DNA of 64,000 nucleotides, taken from Candidatus Saccharimonadales bacterium (lineage in GTDB: Bacteria; Patescibacteriota; Saccharimonadia; Saccharimonadales; JBBQAJ01). Below, in pieces: positions 27,764 to 36,451 of this stretch. The stretch is taken from the NCBI GenBank assembly GCA_038206875.1, contig JBBRAK010000005.1, forward strand, positions 385-64,384, in the 5' to 3' direction. A program made the translations under genes and the position numbers. The notes under the pieces are model-generated. The model had not been told where the DNA came from and ran no database searches. It saw only the letters and a program-made list of their open reading frames with translations. Numbering within the stretch: position 1 is the stretch's first letter; each line of letters starts with the position of its first letter.

Positions 27764-28780
27764 TCATTTGATACTCTCTATGTAATCAAGATATTTGTCA
27801 ATAGCCATAAGTTGCGCATCTGAATTTAGATCTTCGTAGTGTGTGAGCGACGGGCAACTATTTACTTCAATAACCTTTGCTTGTAATTCTTCCGAAGTGC
27901 TGGACGGCAATGGTTTTTTGGCAACAATAAAATCTACACCACACACTGGTAATTCCATGATTTTTGCGGCTTTTATGGCCATATTTATCAAAAATTCTGG
28001 AACTGTATTTTTGGTGTTTATCCTTGTGCCCCCTGTACCTATGTTAGATATACCAATCACCTGCACCTCTTCGTCGTCTGCAGCGATCCTATCCAATTCA
28101 CCTGGTTCCAAAAAAGCTTCTGCTTTGTCTATTGATATTTTTGCTAGCCGAGATTTGTATGTTTCGCCCCTATCTTCGTGCTGGTTAAGTTCCTCGATAA
28201 GCTCTCGAATGGTGTGTTGACCATCACCTATTATGTGTGGCGGTATACGGCTCATGGATTCTAAAAATTCATAACCAAGTGTAACTATTCTGATATCGTG
28301 ACCACGTAGTTCTTCTTGAATCAATACTTTTTTGCTTGGACTATTACTTGATGCATAGTCGATTGCTTTGTGAAGTTTATTTAAACTGTTTACGCCCATG
28401 GTGATACCTTTGCCATGAGCAGAATCAAGCGGTTTTACGACTATTTTTGTATGTTTGTCTATAAAATCTGAAAGTTTAGCATCTGAAATAGTGATTTTTT
28501 GAGTAATTAACATCTCTGCCGGAACGGGGATACCGCCTTGTGATAATAATTCACTTGTGATGTGCTTGTCCCGTGCGATTTTGGCAGAAATATATGAAGT
28601 GTCTGGAGTAAGTGCGCTAAAAACTTTGACAGGCTTGGCGTCGGGACGCGGATATATAAAAAGTATTGCTGGGTTTGAATCAAAACCAGCAACACGCCAT
28701 CCACGCAGTAAAGACCTCTGGATTATCAGACGAGCCGTAAACTGTCTTTCGCTCAAATCAATATCGTTATTCCACTGCAT
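27764..28780 (-). CDS. Stand-alone ATP-grasp ligase resembling the N-terminal (G) domain of cyanophycin synthetase / GshF
   Basis: The motifs VVKPLDSAHGKGITMGV, IQEELRGHDIRIVTLG, PPHIIGDGQHTIRELIEELN, ISNIGTGGTRINTKNTVPEF and VCGVDFIV...VIEVNSCPSL occur in the same order as in CphA (from memory, not a search). Confidence 0.75.
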   Translation of the reverse strand: MQWNNDIDLSERQFTARLIIQRSLLRGWRVAGFDSNPAILFIYPRPDAKPVKVFSALTPDTSYISAKIARDKHITSELLSQGGIPVPAEMLITQKITISDAKLSDFIDKHTKIVVKPLDSAHGKGITMGVNSLNKLHKAIDYASSNSPSKKVLIQEELRGHDIRIVTLGYEFLESMSRIPPHIIGDGQHTIRELIEELNQHEDRGETYKSRLAKISIDKAEAFLEPGELDRIAADDEEVQVIGISNIGTGGTRINTKNTVPEFLINMAIKAAKIMELPVCGVDFIVAKKPLPSSTSEELQAKVIEVNSCPSLTHYEDLNSDAQLMAIDKYLDYIESIK

Positions 28781-28896
28781 GTGTGATTGTTACTTTCGTC
28801 TAAATTAATGTTTATTTCGGTAGATTGCCAGAAGTTTTAATTCCAATTTCTGCTCTACCAAATTAGTATTATTTTAACATAGTTTTTATTATTTTG

Positions 28897-29022
28897 TCAA
28901 CTACTGACGCTTCTGACACGGAGGTACACAAACACTACACCAATAACTAGCAGAAAAATAAGTGCCAACATAAGTGGTATAAATCCAGACTGGTCGTTCG
29001 TTTTTGTCATAAGCTTTTTCAT
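28897..29022 (-). CDS. Possible small TM protein (41 aa from MKKLMTKTND...)
   Basis: It has one hydrophobic helix (FIPLMLALIFLLVIGVVFVYL). No SD or promoter was recognised, so support is weak. Confidence 0.25.
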   Translation of the reverse strand: MKKLMTKTNDQSGFIPLMLALIFLLVIGVVFVYLRVRSVSS

Positions 29023-29068
29023 TATATTAACTATTATTGTCCAAGACGACCAAAAAGTACAACCCCTA

Positions 29069-29098
29069 TTGACATTTATATACACCTTATGCTATAAT
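29069..29098 (+). promoter_or_regulatory. Sigma-70 promoter TTGACA-N18-TATAAT, 6 nt upstream of the GGDEF gene ATG
   Basis: Both hexamers are perfect consensus (29069-29074, 29093-29098). The ATG is at 29105 and there is no SD, which fits a leaderless layout. Confidence 0.6.
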
Positions 29099-29104
29099 AT
29101 ACTT

Positions 29105-29821
29105 ATGGCATCACCTAATAAATATTCCGTGAAAGAATTGCTCAAGCCAACTCCAGATACGCAATACTCCGACCCTAAAATGAATGCAATTGCCAAGGGT
29201 TACAGATTGGCGGGTCGCGCGACCTGGGAAGCATTCACGAAATCTCAAGAAGCAATGCATGATCCATTGACAGGACTGCTACGTAAAGAGTACTGGAAAG
29301 CTGATTTGGATGATCGAATGCAAGCCGGCGTTGCATTTGGAATAGCTTTTATGGACCTTGATTATTTCAAGTTGGTCAACGACAAGCTGGGACATGAAAG
29401 AGGTGACAAACTGTTGAATGCATTTGGTGATTTTCTTGAAGATAAATTTAAGCGTAAAAGCGACGTATTTGGTCATGAACGAATAATACAAAGTTCGGAT
29501 GCTCCAAATGAACCTGATGAACAACCCGTTAGTGGACGTTATGGTGGAGACGAATTTACCGCAACTTTTGATCTTCACGAAAACAGCCGTCGCAATAATC
29601 TTTCACCTCAAGAATCGATGGTAGATGAAATTGACTACATGCGTGGAGTGACGGCCGAATTTGTAGATATGCAACCGCAAGATATTAAGGATTTAGGGTT
29701 CAATATTTCCACTGGCTTTGCAGTCTGGGATCCGGAGCATCCAACCAGCAGAGAAACACTACTAGCCGAGGCGGATGAATCAATGTATGCCGCCAAAGCA
29801 CTCCAAAAACAACCTGCATAA
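29105..29821 (+). CDS. GGDEF-domain diguanylate cyclase
   Basis: It contains DPLTGLLRKEYW, FMDLDYFKLVNDKLGHERGDKLL, RYGGDEFTATF and ADESMYAAKA. The start is set at MASPNK because of the promoter geometry. Confidence 0.85.
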   Translation: MASPNKYSVKELLKPTPDTQYSDPKMNAIAKGYRLAGRATWEAFTKSQEAMHDPLTGLLRKEYWKADLDDRMQAGVAFGIAFMDLDYFKLVNDKLGHERGDKLLNAFGDFLEDKFKRKSDVFGHERIIQSSDAPNEPDEQPVSGRYGGDEFTATFDLHENSRRNNLSPQESMVDEIDYMRGVTAEFVDMQPQDIKDLGFNISTGFAVWDPEHPTSRETLLAEADESMYAAKALQKQPA

Positions 29822-29824
29822 ATT

Positions 29825-30928
29825 CTAATTAAATAGACCTCTTTTTTGGTTTTGTTTGAACTCTTCTAGAAGCTCTTGCTGGCGTTTACTCAGCTTTGTA
29901 GGCGTATCAACTAGCACTGTCACTATATGCGCCCCGCGGGTGTCGCTTTTTAGATGCGTTACACCGTGATTAGACAGTTTGAAATCTGTTCCAGATTGTG
30001 TACCGGCTGGGACTTTCATTTTTATCGGTCCATCTACCGTATCAACCGAAATTTCTGTTCCTAACGTAGCATCTACCATATCTATGTGCTCTTCGCTCAG
30101 AATTAAGTCGCCTTCACGGGTAAAGCGTTTGTGTGATTTGACCCGAACATGTACATATAAATCACCCTTTGGACCATTGGCTATAGCTTCTCCGTGTTCA
30201 CGCAAACGGATAGTTGCGCCGTCTTCGTCTATACCCGCAGGGACTTTCAGGCGTATTTCTTGTTTTTTGGACTTGGTACCTTTGCCATGACATACGGTAC
30301 ATTCTTTTTCGGGGATTTTGCCTGTTCCTTTACATTTTGGGCAAGTTTGCGCTTGTTGTATATTGCCAAATATTGTTCTTGTGGCTGTAACGACTTGGCC
30401 TGAACCTTTGCAAGTTTCACATGTAACTAGTTCGTGTCCGGGTTCAGCAGTTGTGCCTTTGCAGTGTTCGCAAGTATCTTCTAGGCTTAAATTCAAGTCT
30501 ACTTCCGTGCCAAAAACAGCCTGCTCAAAAGTAATTTCTATCGTTGTCTCAACGTCGCGTCCACGACTCCGTCTGCTTCTTTGACTGCCTTGCTGTCCAC
30601 CAAAAAAGCTTCCAAATATATCGCCTAGTCCAAGGTCTCCGAAATCAAAGTTTACTTCCTGACCCTGTCCACCAAATCCCTGATAAGGATTTCCACCACC
30701 TCCGGACGTACCTCCTACACCGGCATGACCAAACTGGTCGTATCGTTGACGTTTGGATGAATCTTTGAGTACTTCGTAGGCTTCGTTTATCTCTTTGAAC
30801 TTGGACTCATCACCGCCTTCTTTGTCTGGGTGATGCTGAACTGCGGCTTTACGAAAAGCCTTTTTAATCTCATCAGCACTAGCCGACTTGCCTACCCCCA
30901 AAACTTCATAATAATCTCTTTTAGACAT
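29825..30928 (-). CDS. dnaJ: Chaperone DnaJ
   Basis: It has a J domain (MSKRDYYEVLGV...HPDK), a G/F-rich region, four CxxCxGxG zinc motifs and a C-terminal substrate domain. Confidence 0.97.
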   Translation of the reverse strand: MSKRDYYEVLGVGKSASADEIKKAFRKAAVQHHPDKEGGDESKFKEINEAYEVLKDSSKRQRYDQFGHAGVGGTSGGGGNPYQGFGGQGQEVNFDFGDLGLGDIFGSFFGGQQGSQRSRRSRGRDVETTIEITFEQAVFGTEVDLNLSLEDTCEHCKGTTAEPGHELVTCETCKGSGQVVTATRTIFGNIQQAQTCPKCKGTGKIPEKECTVCHGKGTKSKKQEIRLKVPAGIDEDGATIRLREHGEAIANGPKGDLYVHVRVKSHKRFTREGDLILSEEHIDMVDATLGTEISVDTVDGPIKMKVPAGTQSGTDFKLSNHGVTHLKSDTRGAHIVTVLVDTPTKLSKRQQELLEEFKQNQKRGLFN

Positions 30929-30976
30929 GTGTTCTCTGCGATTTAATAATTTTTGTAGGTCTTATTATAGCTGAAA

Positions 30977-31003
30977 TTGGCACTATACACCATAGAGTGC
31001 TAG
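30977..31003. promoter_or_regulatory. CIRCE-like HrcA operator upstream of dnaJ
   Basis: On the dnaJ strand it reads CTAGCACTC-TATGGTGTA-TAGTGCCAA, against the consensus TTAGCACTC-N9-GAGTGCTAA. TATAAT (30964-30969) follows 7 nt downstream. The element overlaps the stop codon of the 971-aa gene. Confidence 0.6.
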
Positions 31004-33915
31004 TTTTTATCCGAATGTTTTTGCAACTGATATACTGCGAGTCCAATCAAAAAAGTGGCTAAAACAGTGAGTGCTGCCCATCCAAGATTTCGCAACTGAT
31101 ATAGTACCGCTCCTAGCGCTACATATAGCCCCCATTTTATAACTATTGGTTTGTGTATTGTCATGCCTAGCAACATAAAACCAATCTGTTCTAGCAGTAG
31201 CCACCATCCATATAATCCACCAGACGCTCCTGCCAGTGCTTGAAAAATGAGCGGTATAGTTGCACTTGCCAGCATGAGTATCAAATAATTGTCTGCGTTT
31301 GACGTTTCTCCCCTCTGTGTTCTCCAATATGCGTAGCCTGCAAATAAAGTCGCGGTAATATGACTATAGGCCTGGATTTCTCTAACGCCCGCGTAGTGCA
31401 AGAACCACATAAATCCTGCTACCACCACAGCACCGGCAAATTCGCGGTTGTCTTGTGTGGTTTCGCTCAAATAGTCATATAACAAATACCCGGCTATCAT
31501 TAACCCTAAAGGCATAGGCCATACCGTGAAGCCCACAAACAAAATCGAAAATGGTGCAATAAAGGCACACCATAATGAAGCAATTAATACGGATTTGTAT
31601 TTTTGATAGGTTTTTAAGTCCATAGCCAACAACCTGACCCCCAAATAACCAACGACCGAAAGCCCAGTGCTAAATAACAGAAAACTGTATAACCCGGTTT
31701 CAAGACTGGGTCGAATGGCACTCCATGCAGTAAATTGAGCCAAAATTGGAATAGTCACAAGTATATCAGCACGTTTTTCTACAAAACGACTAAGTAGCAT
31801 AACGATAGACAGCAATACCAGACTGATAAGAGTCGTATGTAGCTGTGAATTGTCAGAACTAAGAGACAAAACTATCGCCAATATAGCTGCAAAAATATAC
31901 CCAGCTACATACGACTGACTCGCAGACTTGACATAACTTGCCAGGGGTATGCGCGTAGATAAGAAAACCGAGCCCCGAGCGATGGCACGCGACAAAATCA
32001 GCCCTAACATGGCAACAACATATGCCCATGCATAACTTTCGATTTGCCAACTCGCAATTAAACCTATGTGGCCAAACCCTACTGGCAACAAAAGCCACAA
32101 TAATGTGCTTATCCACCTGTTTATATCCTGCCTGATCCACATAGTAAGCCCAATATTGTACGCGAGTGAAACAATTAATGATACCAGAAACAATCCCGGT
32201 TGCGACCATGCCACAACAAGTGGTGTGGCGATTAATATACCCCCTACGGTTGCCCAGGAGTTTTTATCATCAACAAACGCGAGCACTAAGGTAGTTATCG
32301 CTACAACTGCAGAAACCTGAAACGCTACACTTGGGTCTACGAATAGCGCGAAAACAAGCACAAAAATAGCACTTATTAGATACATGGTACGTGCGGTCAT
32401 TACCCAATCTGAAAGTTTGTCATCAAATCCGTGCGCTAGCATAACTGCAAAATGTATTAGGAGTGTAGCCAACAATAACAGCGTCTGCTGTCTAATATCT
32501 AGCTTATGGACCGCAACATATTGACCAAAAATTACTGGCAGAGACATCCAGGCAACAACAGCCATGCCATAAGCATCCGCTCGCTTCTGACGCAACCATA
32601 TTACTAGGGCAATCGCAGTAAGTGCAACTACTGTTCCAAAAAATAAACTGGGGTGACCTGCTGCAAAAACTATACTCGTACCCGAAGAAAGTAACAGTAC
32701 GTTTGCGTAGTTTTTGCCTATTTCTGTGGTAGATTTCAAATACCACAATCCAAAAATCTGTATAAAGTTCAGTGCAACTAGTATTTCGACGGTCGCGGTT
32801 GTACTACTCGTAACTGAGTATACCAAGCAAGTAATGCCCGCAAGTACTGCAATATGACTTACGAGGAAATTATTGTCTCGGTATGTGTCATTTGTGCGCC
32901 ACGCTTCAAGTGCGTAATACAAACTAGCTAGGATTAGCGAAACCCCCAATTGTCCAAAGCCCTGCTGTGATACTAAAACGGCCGAAACTAGAACGGAAAG
33001 AGGTAAAAATAATTGTCCACTATTACGCGAAGATTCTTGAAGTTCCGGCCAAAAACCTTTCCATTTACTGACTAACTGAAAACATATTCCAACTAGAGCC
33101 ATTGCCCAGCCAAAATAATAAACTGGGGCATTTGAGATGGATATTCCAGATTCAAACAACGACAAAAATGTGAAAATAAATATATAATTAATTAGTGGCT
33201 TGCGAAGCTTTATCAGTGCGTGTGCATATAACATCATTGATAAGATTGATGTCGCAAACCAAACTTCTCTAGCTTGATTCATGAACACATAGTTGTATGA
33301 TGCTAAACCTACCAACGGCATTGTTGCTATTCCAATTCCAGCAAATGCCAGTCCTGCCGGTCTGAGCTTTGGTTTGTTTTGGAACAACCAAATCCCCCCG
33401 GAATACATAACTAACGTAACCAGCCCGACCGCTAGAGTTCTTAATACTCCATTTGCTTGGCCAAATGCAACGAACAATCCTACAGAAGCTACAAACAAAA
33501 AAGCTCCAAAATACAGCAATAGGGTCGCGTTGTCTAGTGGAGCAGAGTCCGCTTTTTGTTTATTAGTCTTTAGCTCTGATACTGAGCCGACTGTCTGTGG
33601 ACTATTTCGGGATAAAATTGAAGTTTTGCGTGGTTCCGAGTCGTTTGTTTCATCAGTTAAATCTCCTGTTACGGACGTGTAATTTTCATATTTTCCTATT
33701 GGCAGTCCTCTGGCTTTTAGGTCAGAAAGCATAGTATCTATTAAATTTTTCTGATCTTTGTTTTTGGTTTTGGCCCTGTAGCCTGCTATGAATAATGCCC
33801 ATTCAATATTTCTCTGCTCTAATTCATTGGTTTGGACATTGCCTGGTGAATTCGATTTTCGTTTGGATAAATTCCACAGCAATACAACAAGACCGATAAT
33901 AATCAGTAGTTCCAT
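31000..33915 (-). CDS. Very large polytopic membrane protein (971 aa, more than 25 predicted TM); possibly DUF2339-like
   Basis: The SD AGAGGA lies 8 nt upstream. It has an N-terminal TM, a soluble region of about 120 aa, and then an almost continuous run of hydrophobic helices. The family assignment is tentative. Confidence 0.7.
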   Translation of the reverse strand: MELLIIIGLVVLLWNLSKRKSNSPGNVQTNELEQRNIEWALFIAGYRAKTKNKDQKNLIDTMLSDLKARGLPIGKYENYTSVTGDLTDETNDSEPRKTSILSRNSPQTVGSVSELKTNKQKADSAPLDNATLLLYFGAFLFVASVGLFVAFGQANGVLRTLAVGLVTLVMYSGGIWLFQNKPKLRPAGLAFAGIGIATMPLVGLASYNYVFMNQAREVWFATSILSMMLYAHALIKLRKPLINYIFIFTFLSLFESGISISNAPVYYFGWAMALVGICFQLVSKWKGFWPELQESSRNSGQLFLPLSVLVSAVLVSQQGFGQLGVSLILASLYYALEAWRTNDTYRDNNFLVSHIAVLAGITCLVYSVTSSTTATVEILVALNFIQIFGLWYLKSTTEIGKNYANVLLLSSGTSIVFAAGHPSLFFGTVVALTAIALVIWLRQKRADAYGMAVVAWMSLPVIFGQYVAVHKLDIRQQTLLLLATLLIHFAVMLAHGFDDKLSDWVMTARTMYLISAIFVLVFALFVDPSVAFQVSAVVAITTLVLAFVDDKNSWATVGGILIATPLVVAWSQPGLFLVSLIVSLAYNIGLTMWIRQDINRWISTLLWLLLPVGFGHIGLIASWQIESYAWAYVVAMLGLILSRAIARGSVFLSTRIPLASYVKSASQSYVAGYIFAAILAIVLSLSSDNSQLHTTLISLVLLSIVMLLSRFVEKRADILVTIPILAQFTAWSAIRPSLETGLYSFLLFSTGLSVVGYLGVRLLAMDLKTYQKYKSVLIASLWCAFIAPFSILFVGFTVWPMPLGLMIAGYLLYDYLSETTQDNREFAGAVVVAGFMWFLHYAGVREIQAYSHITATLFAGYAYWRTQRGETSNADNYLILMLASATIPLIFQALAGASGGLYGWWLLLEQIGFMLLGMTIHKPIVIKWGLYVALGAVLYQLRNLGWAALTVLATFLIGLAVYQLQKHSDKN

Positions 33916-33946
33916 GAAATGTTCCTCTTATAACAAGGAATATACT

Positions 33947-34066
33947 CTATTTTCTATTAATCAACAAAAGAAGCACTAGAATTTTAATTGGTAAGAAGAG
34001 TCGTATCGTCGATAGCTGACCGAATTTCCTTCCCCCCAATACTTCATAGTAGTCCCGCTTAGACAT
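33947..34066 (-). pseudogene. dnaJ 5' stub (remnant of a second or ancestral dnaJ start)
   Basis: ATG TCT AAG CGG GAC TAC TAT GAA GTA TTG GGG encodes MSKRDYYEVLG. These are identical to the first 11 residues of the real DnaJ (ATG TCT AAA AGA GAT TAT TAT GAA GTT TTG GGG) but carry 7 nt differences across 5 codons, all synonymous. Similarity decays after codon 11, and the open frame runs 39 codons to a TAG. Confidence 0.65.
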
Positions 34067-34074
34067 ATATTAAA

Positions 34075-34512
34075 TTACACTCCTAGTATGTTGAACTTTC
34101 TTAGCCACTGTAAGGCCCCTAATACTCTGGTATTTGCAAGTTCTCTTTGTAGCCGTGTGGAATCGTCCTGATTTGCTTCGCCTGTTCCTGATTGTTCTTC
34201 AATTATTTCGGCGGGCTGATCTCCAACCCAAAACTCTAACACTTTTCCAGCGGCACTTAACCTTGCCTTCCAACTGTCATTGACTATCTTTTCCGCTCCC
34301 ATCAATTCTCCGGTTTTTTGCACCAATAAACTCCTGTCCGCTTCGCTTTTGCCAAGCCAAACAAACCTATCAGGAGCACTTTCGTCTCCAGCATCGGCAT
34401 TACTCTCTGTCATATCAACATGCGCGCTGGTGCTATGAATTTCACTCAAGAGAACACTAATAGCAAATTCTTTGCCCGCTGTTTCGCTTGTTGGCTCTCT
34501 ACCTTGTGGCAT
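34075..34512 (-). CDS. Hypothetical acidic protein (145 aa) translationally coupled to dnaK
   Basis: Its ATG shares one nt with the dnaK stop (TAATG). No family was recognised. Confidence 0.5.
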   Translation of the reverse strand: MPQGREPTSETAGKEFAISVLLSEIHSTSAHVDMTESNADAGDESAPDRFVWLGKSEADRSLLVQKTGELMGAEKIVNDSWKARLSAAGKVLEFWVGDQPAEIIEEQSGTGEANQDDSTRLQRELANTRVLGALQWLRKFNILGV

Positions 34513-36449
34513 TATTTTTCCTTTTTGTCTTCTTTTTCCTCATCTACTACTTCGCCTTCAACTGGTTCTTCTTTGTCGTCTTTTTTCTTATCACCCTCTT
34601 CGCTTGATGTGTCTTCAGATTTTTCTGATTCTTTAGAGGCTTCTTCGTACATTTTGGCACCTATTGGCATGATTTTGTCATTTAGCTCTTTGGCAGCTTC
34701 TTCTAGTACTGTTTTGTCTGCTTTTTCATCGTCTTTGACTTTTTTCGCAGTCTCTATGGCATCTTCCAGTGTTTTTGCATCTTCTTCGCTAATCTTGTCT
34801 TTGTTGTCTGATTTCATTTTTTCTGCCTGATAGACTGAACTGTCCAATGTGTTGCGGGCGTCAATTGCTTCACGCTTGGATTTGTCTTCGTCAGCGTGTG
34901 CTTCGGCTTCTTTAGCCATTTTTTCTACTTCAGTTTTGTCTAAGTTACCGCTTCCGCTAATTGTGATTGATTGTTCTTTGCCGGAACCTTTGTCTTTGGC
35001 GCTGACATTTAAAATTCCATTTGCGTCGATGTTAAAGGTCACTTCGATTTGTGGCACGCCCCTGGGAGCGCTTGGAATACCGTCTAGCACAAATCGACCA
35101 AGTGATTTGTTATCAGCCACCATTTCGCGTTCACCTTGAACTACATGTATTTCTACTTGTGGTTGGTTGTCAGCTGCCGTACTAAACGTTTCACTTTTAC
35201 TGGTAGGAATTGTCGTGTTACGCTCGATTAGTTTTGTCGCTACGCTTCCCAAAGTTTCGATTCCAAGCGACAACGGGGTAACATCCAGAAGTAATACATC
35301 TTTTACATCACCTTGAAGCACACCGCCCTGAATTGCAGCACCTACTGCAACAACTTCGTCTGGATTTACGCCTTTCATAGGATCTTTTCCAAATATTTTC
35401 TTTACTTTTTCGATAACTGCTGGCATTCGTGTCATACCGCCAACAAGTACAACCGCGTTTATTTCACTGGCTTTCAGTCCTGCGTCTTTTAGAGCTTTTT
35501 CACATGGGGTAGCAGTCTTGTCTACCAAATCGCCTACTAGCTGTTCCAGCTTGGCGCGGGTAAGTTTGTGTTCGAAGTGTTTTGGACCATCTGCATCTGC
35601 AGTCAGGAACGGCAGGTTGATGTTAACTTCGTTGGTCGTGCTTAGTTCAATTTTGGCTTTTTCTGCTTCATCTCGCAATCTTTGCATAGCCGCCTTATCA
35701 TCCGTTACGTTAACGCCGTGCTCTTTCTTGAATTCGTCAGCAAGATAATTAACTACTACGCGATCAAAATCAGCTCCTCCTAAGTGAGTGTCGCCGTTGG
35801 TGCTCTTTACTTCAAAAACGCCATCACCGAGCTCTAGAATTGAAACATCAAAAGTTCCACCGCCTAAGTCATAAACTGCGATTTTTTCGTCTTTTTTCTT
35901 CCCCTTATCTAAGCCATAGGCAAGAGCCGCGGCCGTAGGTTCGTTGATAATCCGTTTTACCTCAAGTCCGGCAATCTTACCAGCGTCTTTGGTGGCCTGA
36001 CGCTGAGAATCATCAAAATACGCCGGTACGGTTATGACGGCTTCTGTTACTTTGTCACCCAAAAAACTTTCGGCGTCTGTCTTTAGTTTACCTAAAATCA
36101 TGGCACTTATTTCCTCAGGACTGTATTCTTTGTCACCCATTTTGACTTTGACACCTTTGCCACTTTTGACCATTTCGTAACCCATAAGTTTAATGTCGCG
36201 CTGAACTTCTTTGTCTTCCCAGTTCCGACCAATCAGCCTTTTGACTTCATACACGGTATTTTTGCTGTTGGTGACCTGCTGTCTTCTGGCAACTTGTCCA
36301 ACCAGACGTTCACCGTTTTTGTTCACGGCAACTACACTTGGAGTAGTTCGTGAGCCCTCGCTATTTGCAATGATTTCTGATTTACCAGACTGCATTACAG
36401 CCATTGCGCTGTTTGTTGTTCCTAAGTCTATCCCTATTATTTTTCCCAT
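34512..36449 (-). CDS. dnaK: Chaperone DnaK (Hsp70)
   Basis: [14 protein letters not shown] is preceded by the SD AAGGAGG. Hsp70 signatures occur throughout, and the C-terminal tail is acidic/Lys-rich. The ORF-track start at 36554 adds 35 non-homologous residues that overlap grpE. Confidence 0.98.
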   Translation of the reverse strand: MGKIIGIDLGTTNSAMAVMQSGKSEIIANSEGSRTTPSVVAVNKNGERLVGQVARRQQVTNSKNTVYEVKRLIGRNWEDKEVQRDIKLMGYEMVKSGKGVKVKMGDKEYSPEEISAMILGKLKTDAESFLGDKVTEAVITVPAYFDDSQRQATKDAGKIAGLEVKRIINEPTAAALAYGLDKGKKKDEKIAVYDLGGGTFDVSILELGDGVFEVKSTNGDTHLGGADFDRVVVNYLADEFKKEHGVNVTDDKAAMQRLRDEAEKAKIELSTTNEVNINLPFLTADADGPKHFEHKLTRAKLEQLVGDLVDKTATPCEKALKDAGLKASEINAVVLVGGMTRMPAVIEKVKKIFGKDPMKGVNPDEVVAVGAAIQGGVLQGDVKDVLLLDVTPLSLGIETLGSVATKLIERNTTIPTSKSETFSTAADNQPQVEIHVVQGEREMVADNKSLGRFVLDGIPSAPRGVPQIEVTFNIDANGILNVSAKDKGSGKEQSITISGSGNLDKTEVEKMAKEAEAHADEDKSKREAIDARNTLDSSVYQAEKMKSDNKDKISEEDAKTLEDAIETAKKVKDDEKADKTVLEEAAKELNDKIMPIGAKMYEEASKESEKSEDTSSEEGDKKKDDKEEPVEGEVVDEEKEDKKEK

Positions 36450-36451
36450 TA

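Noticed and set aside
31007-32746. Several 80-116-aa ORFs in other frames inside the 971-aa membrane protein gene
   Set aside because: These are frame-shifted shadows within a long, continuous, hydrophobic ORF that has its own SD. None has independent support.
34420-34830. 136-aa Ser-rich + strand ORF (and the similar 36211-36615 and 34849-35139 ORFs)
   Set aside because: These are shadow ORFs antisense to dnaK and its acidic tail. dnaK is unambiguous on the minus strand.
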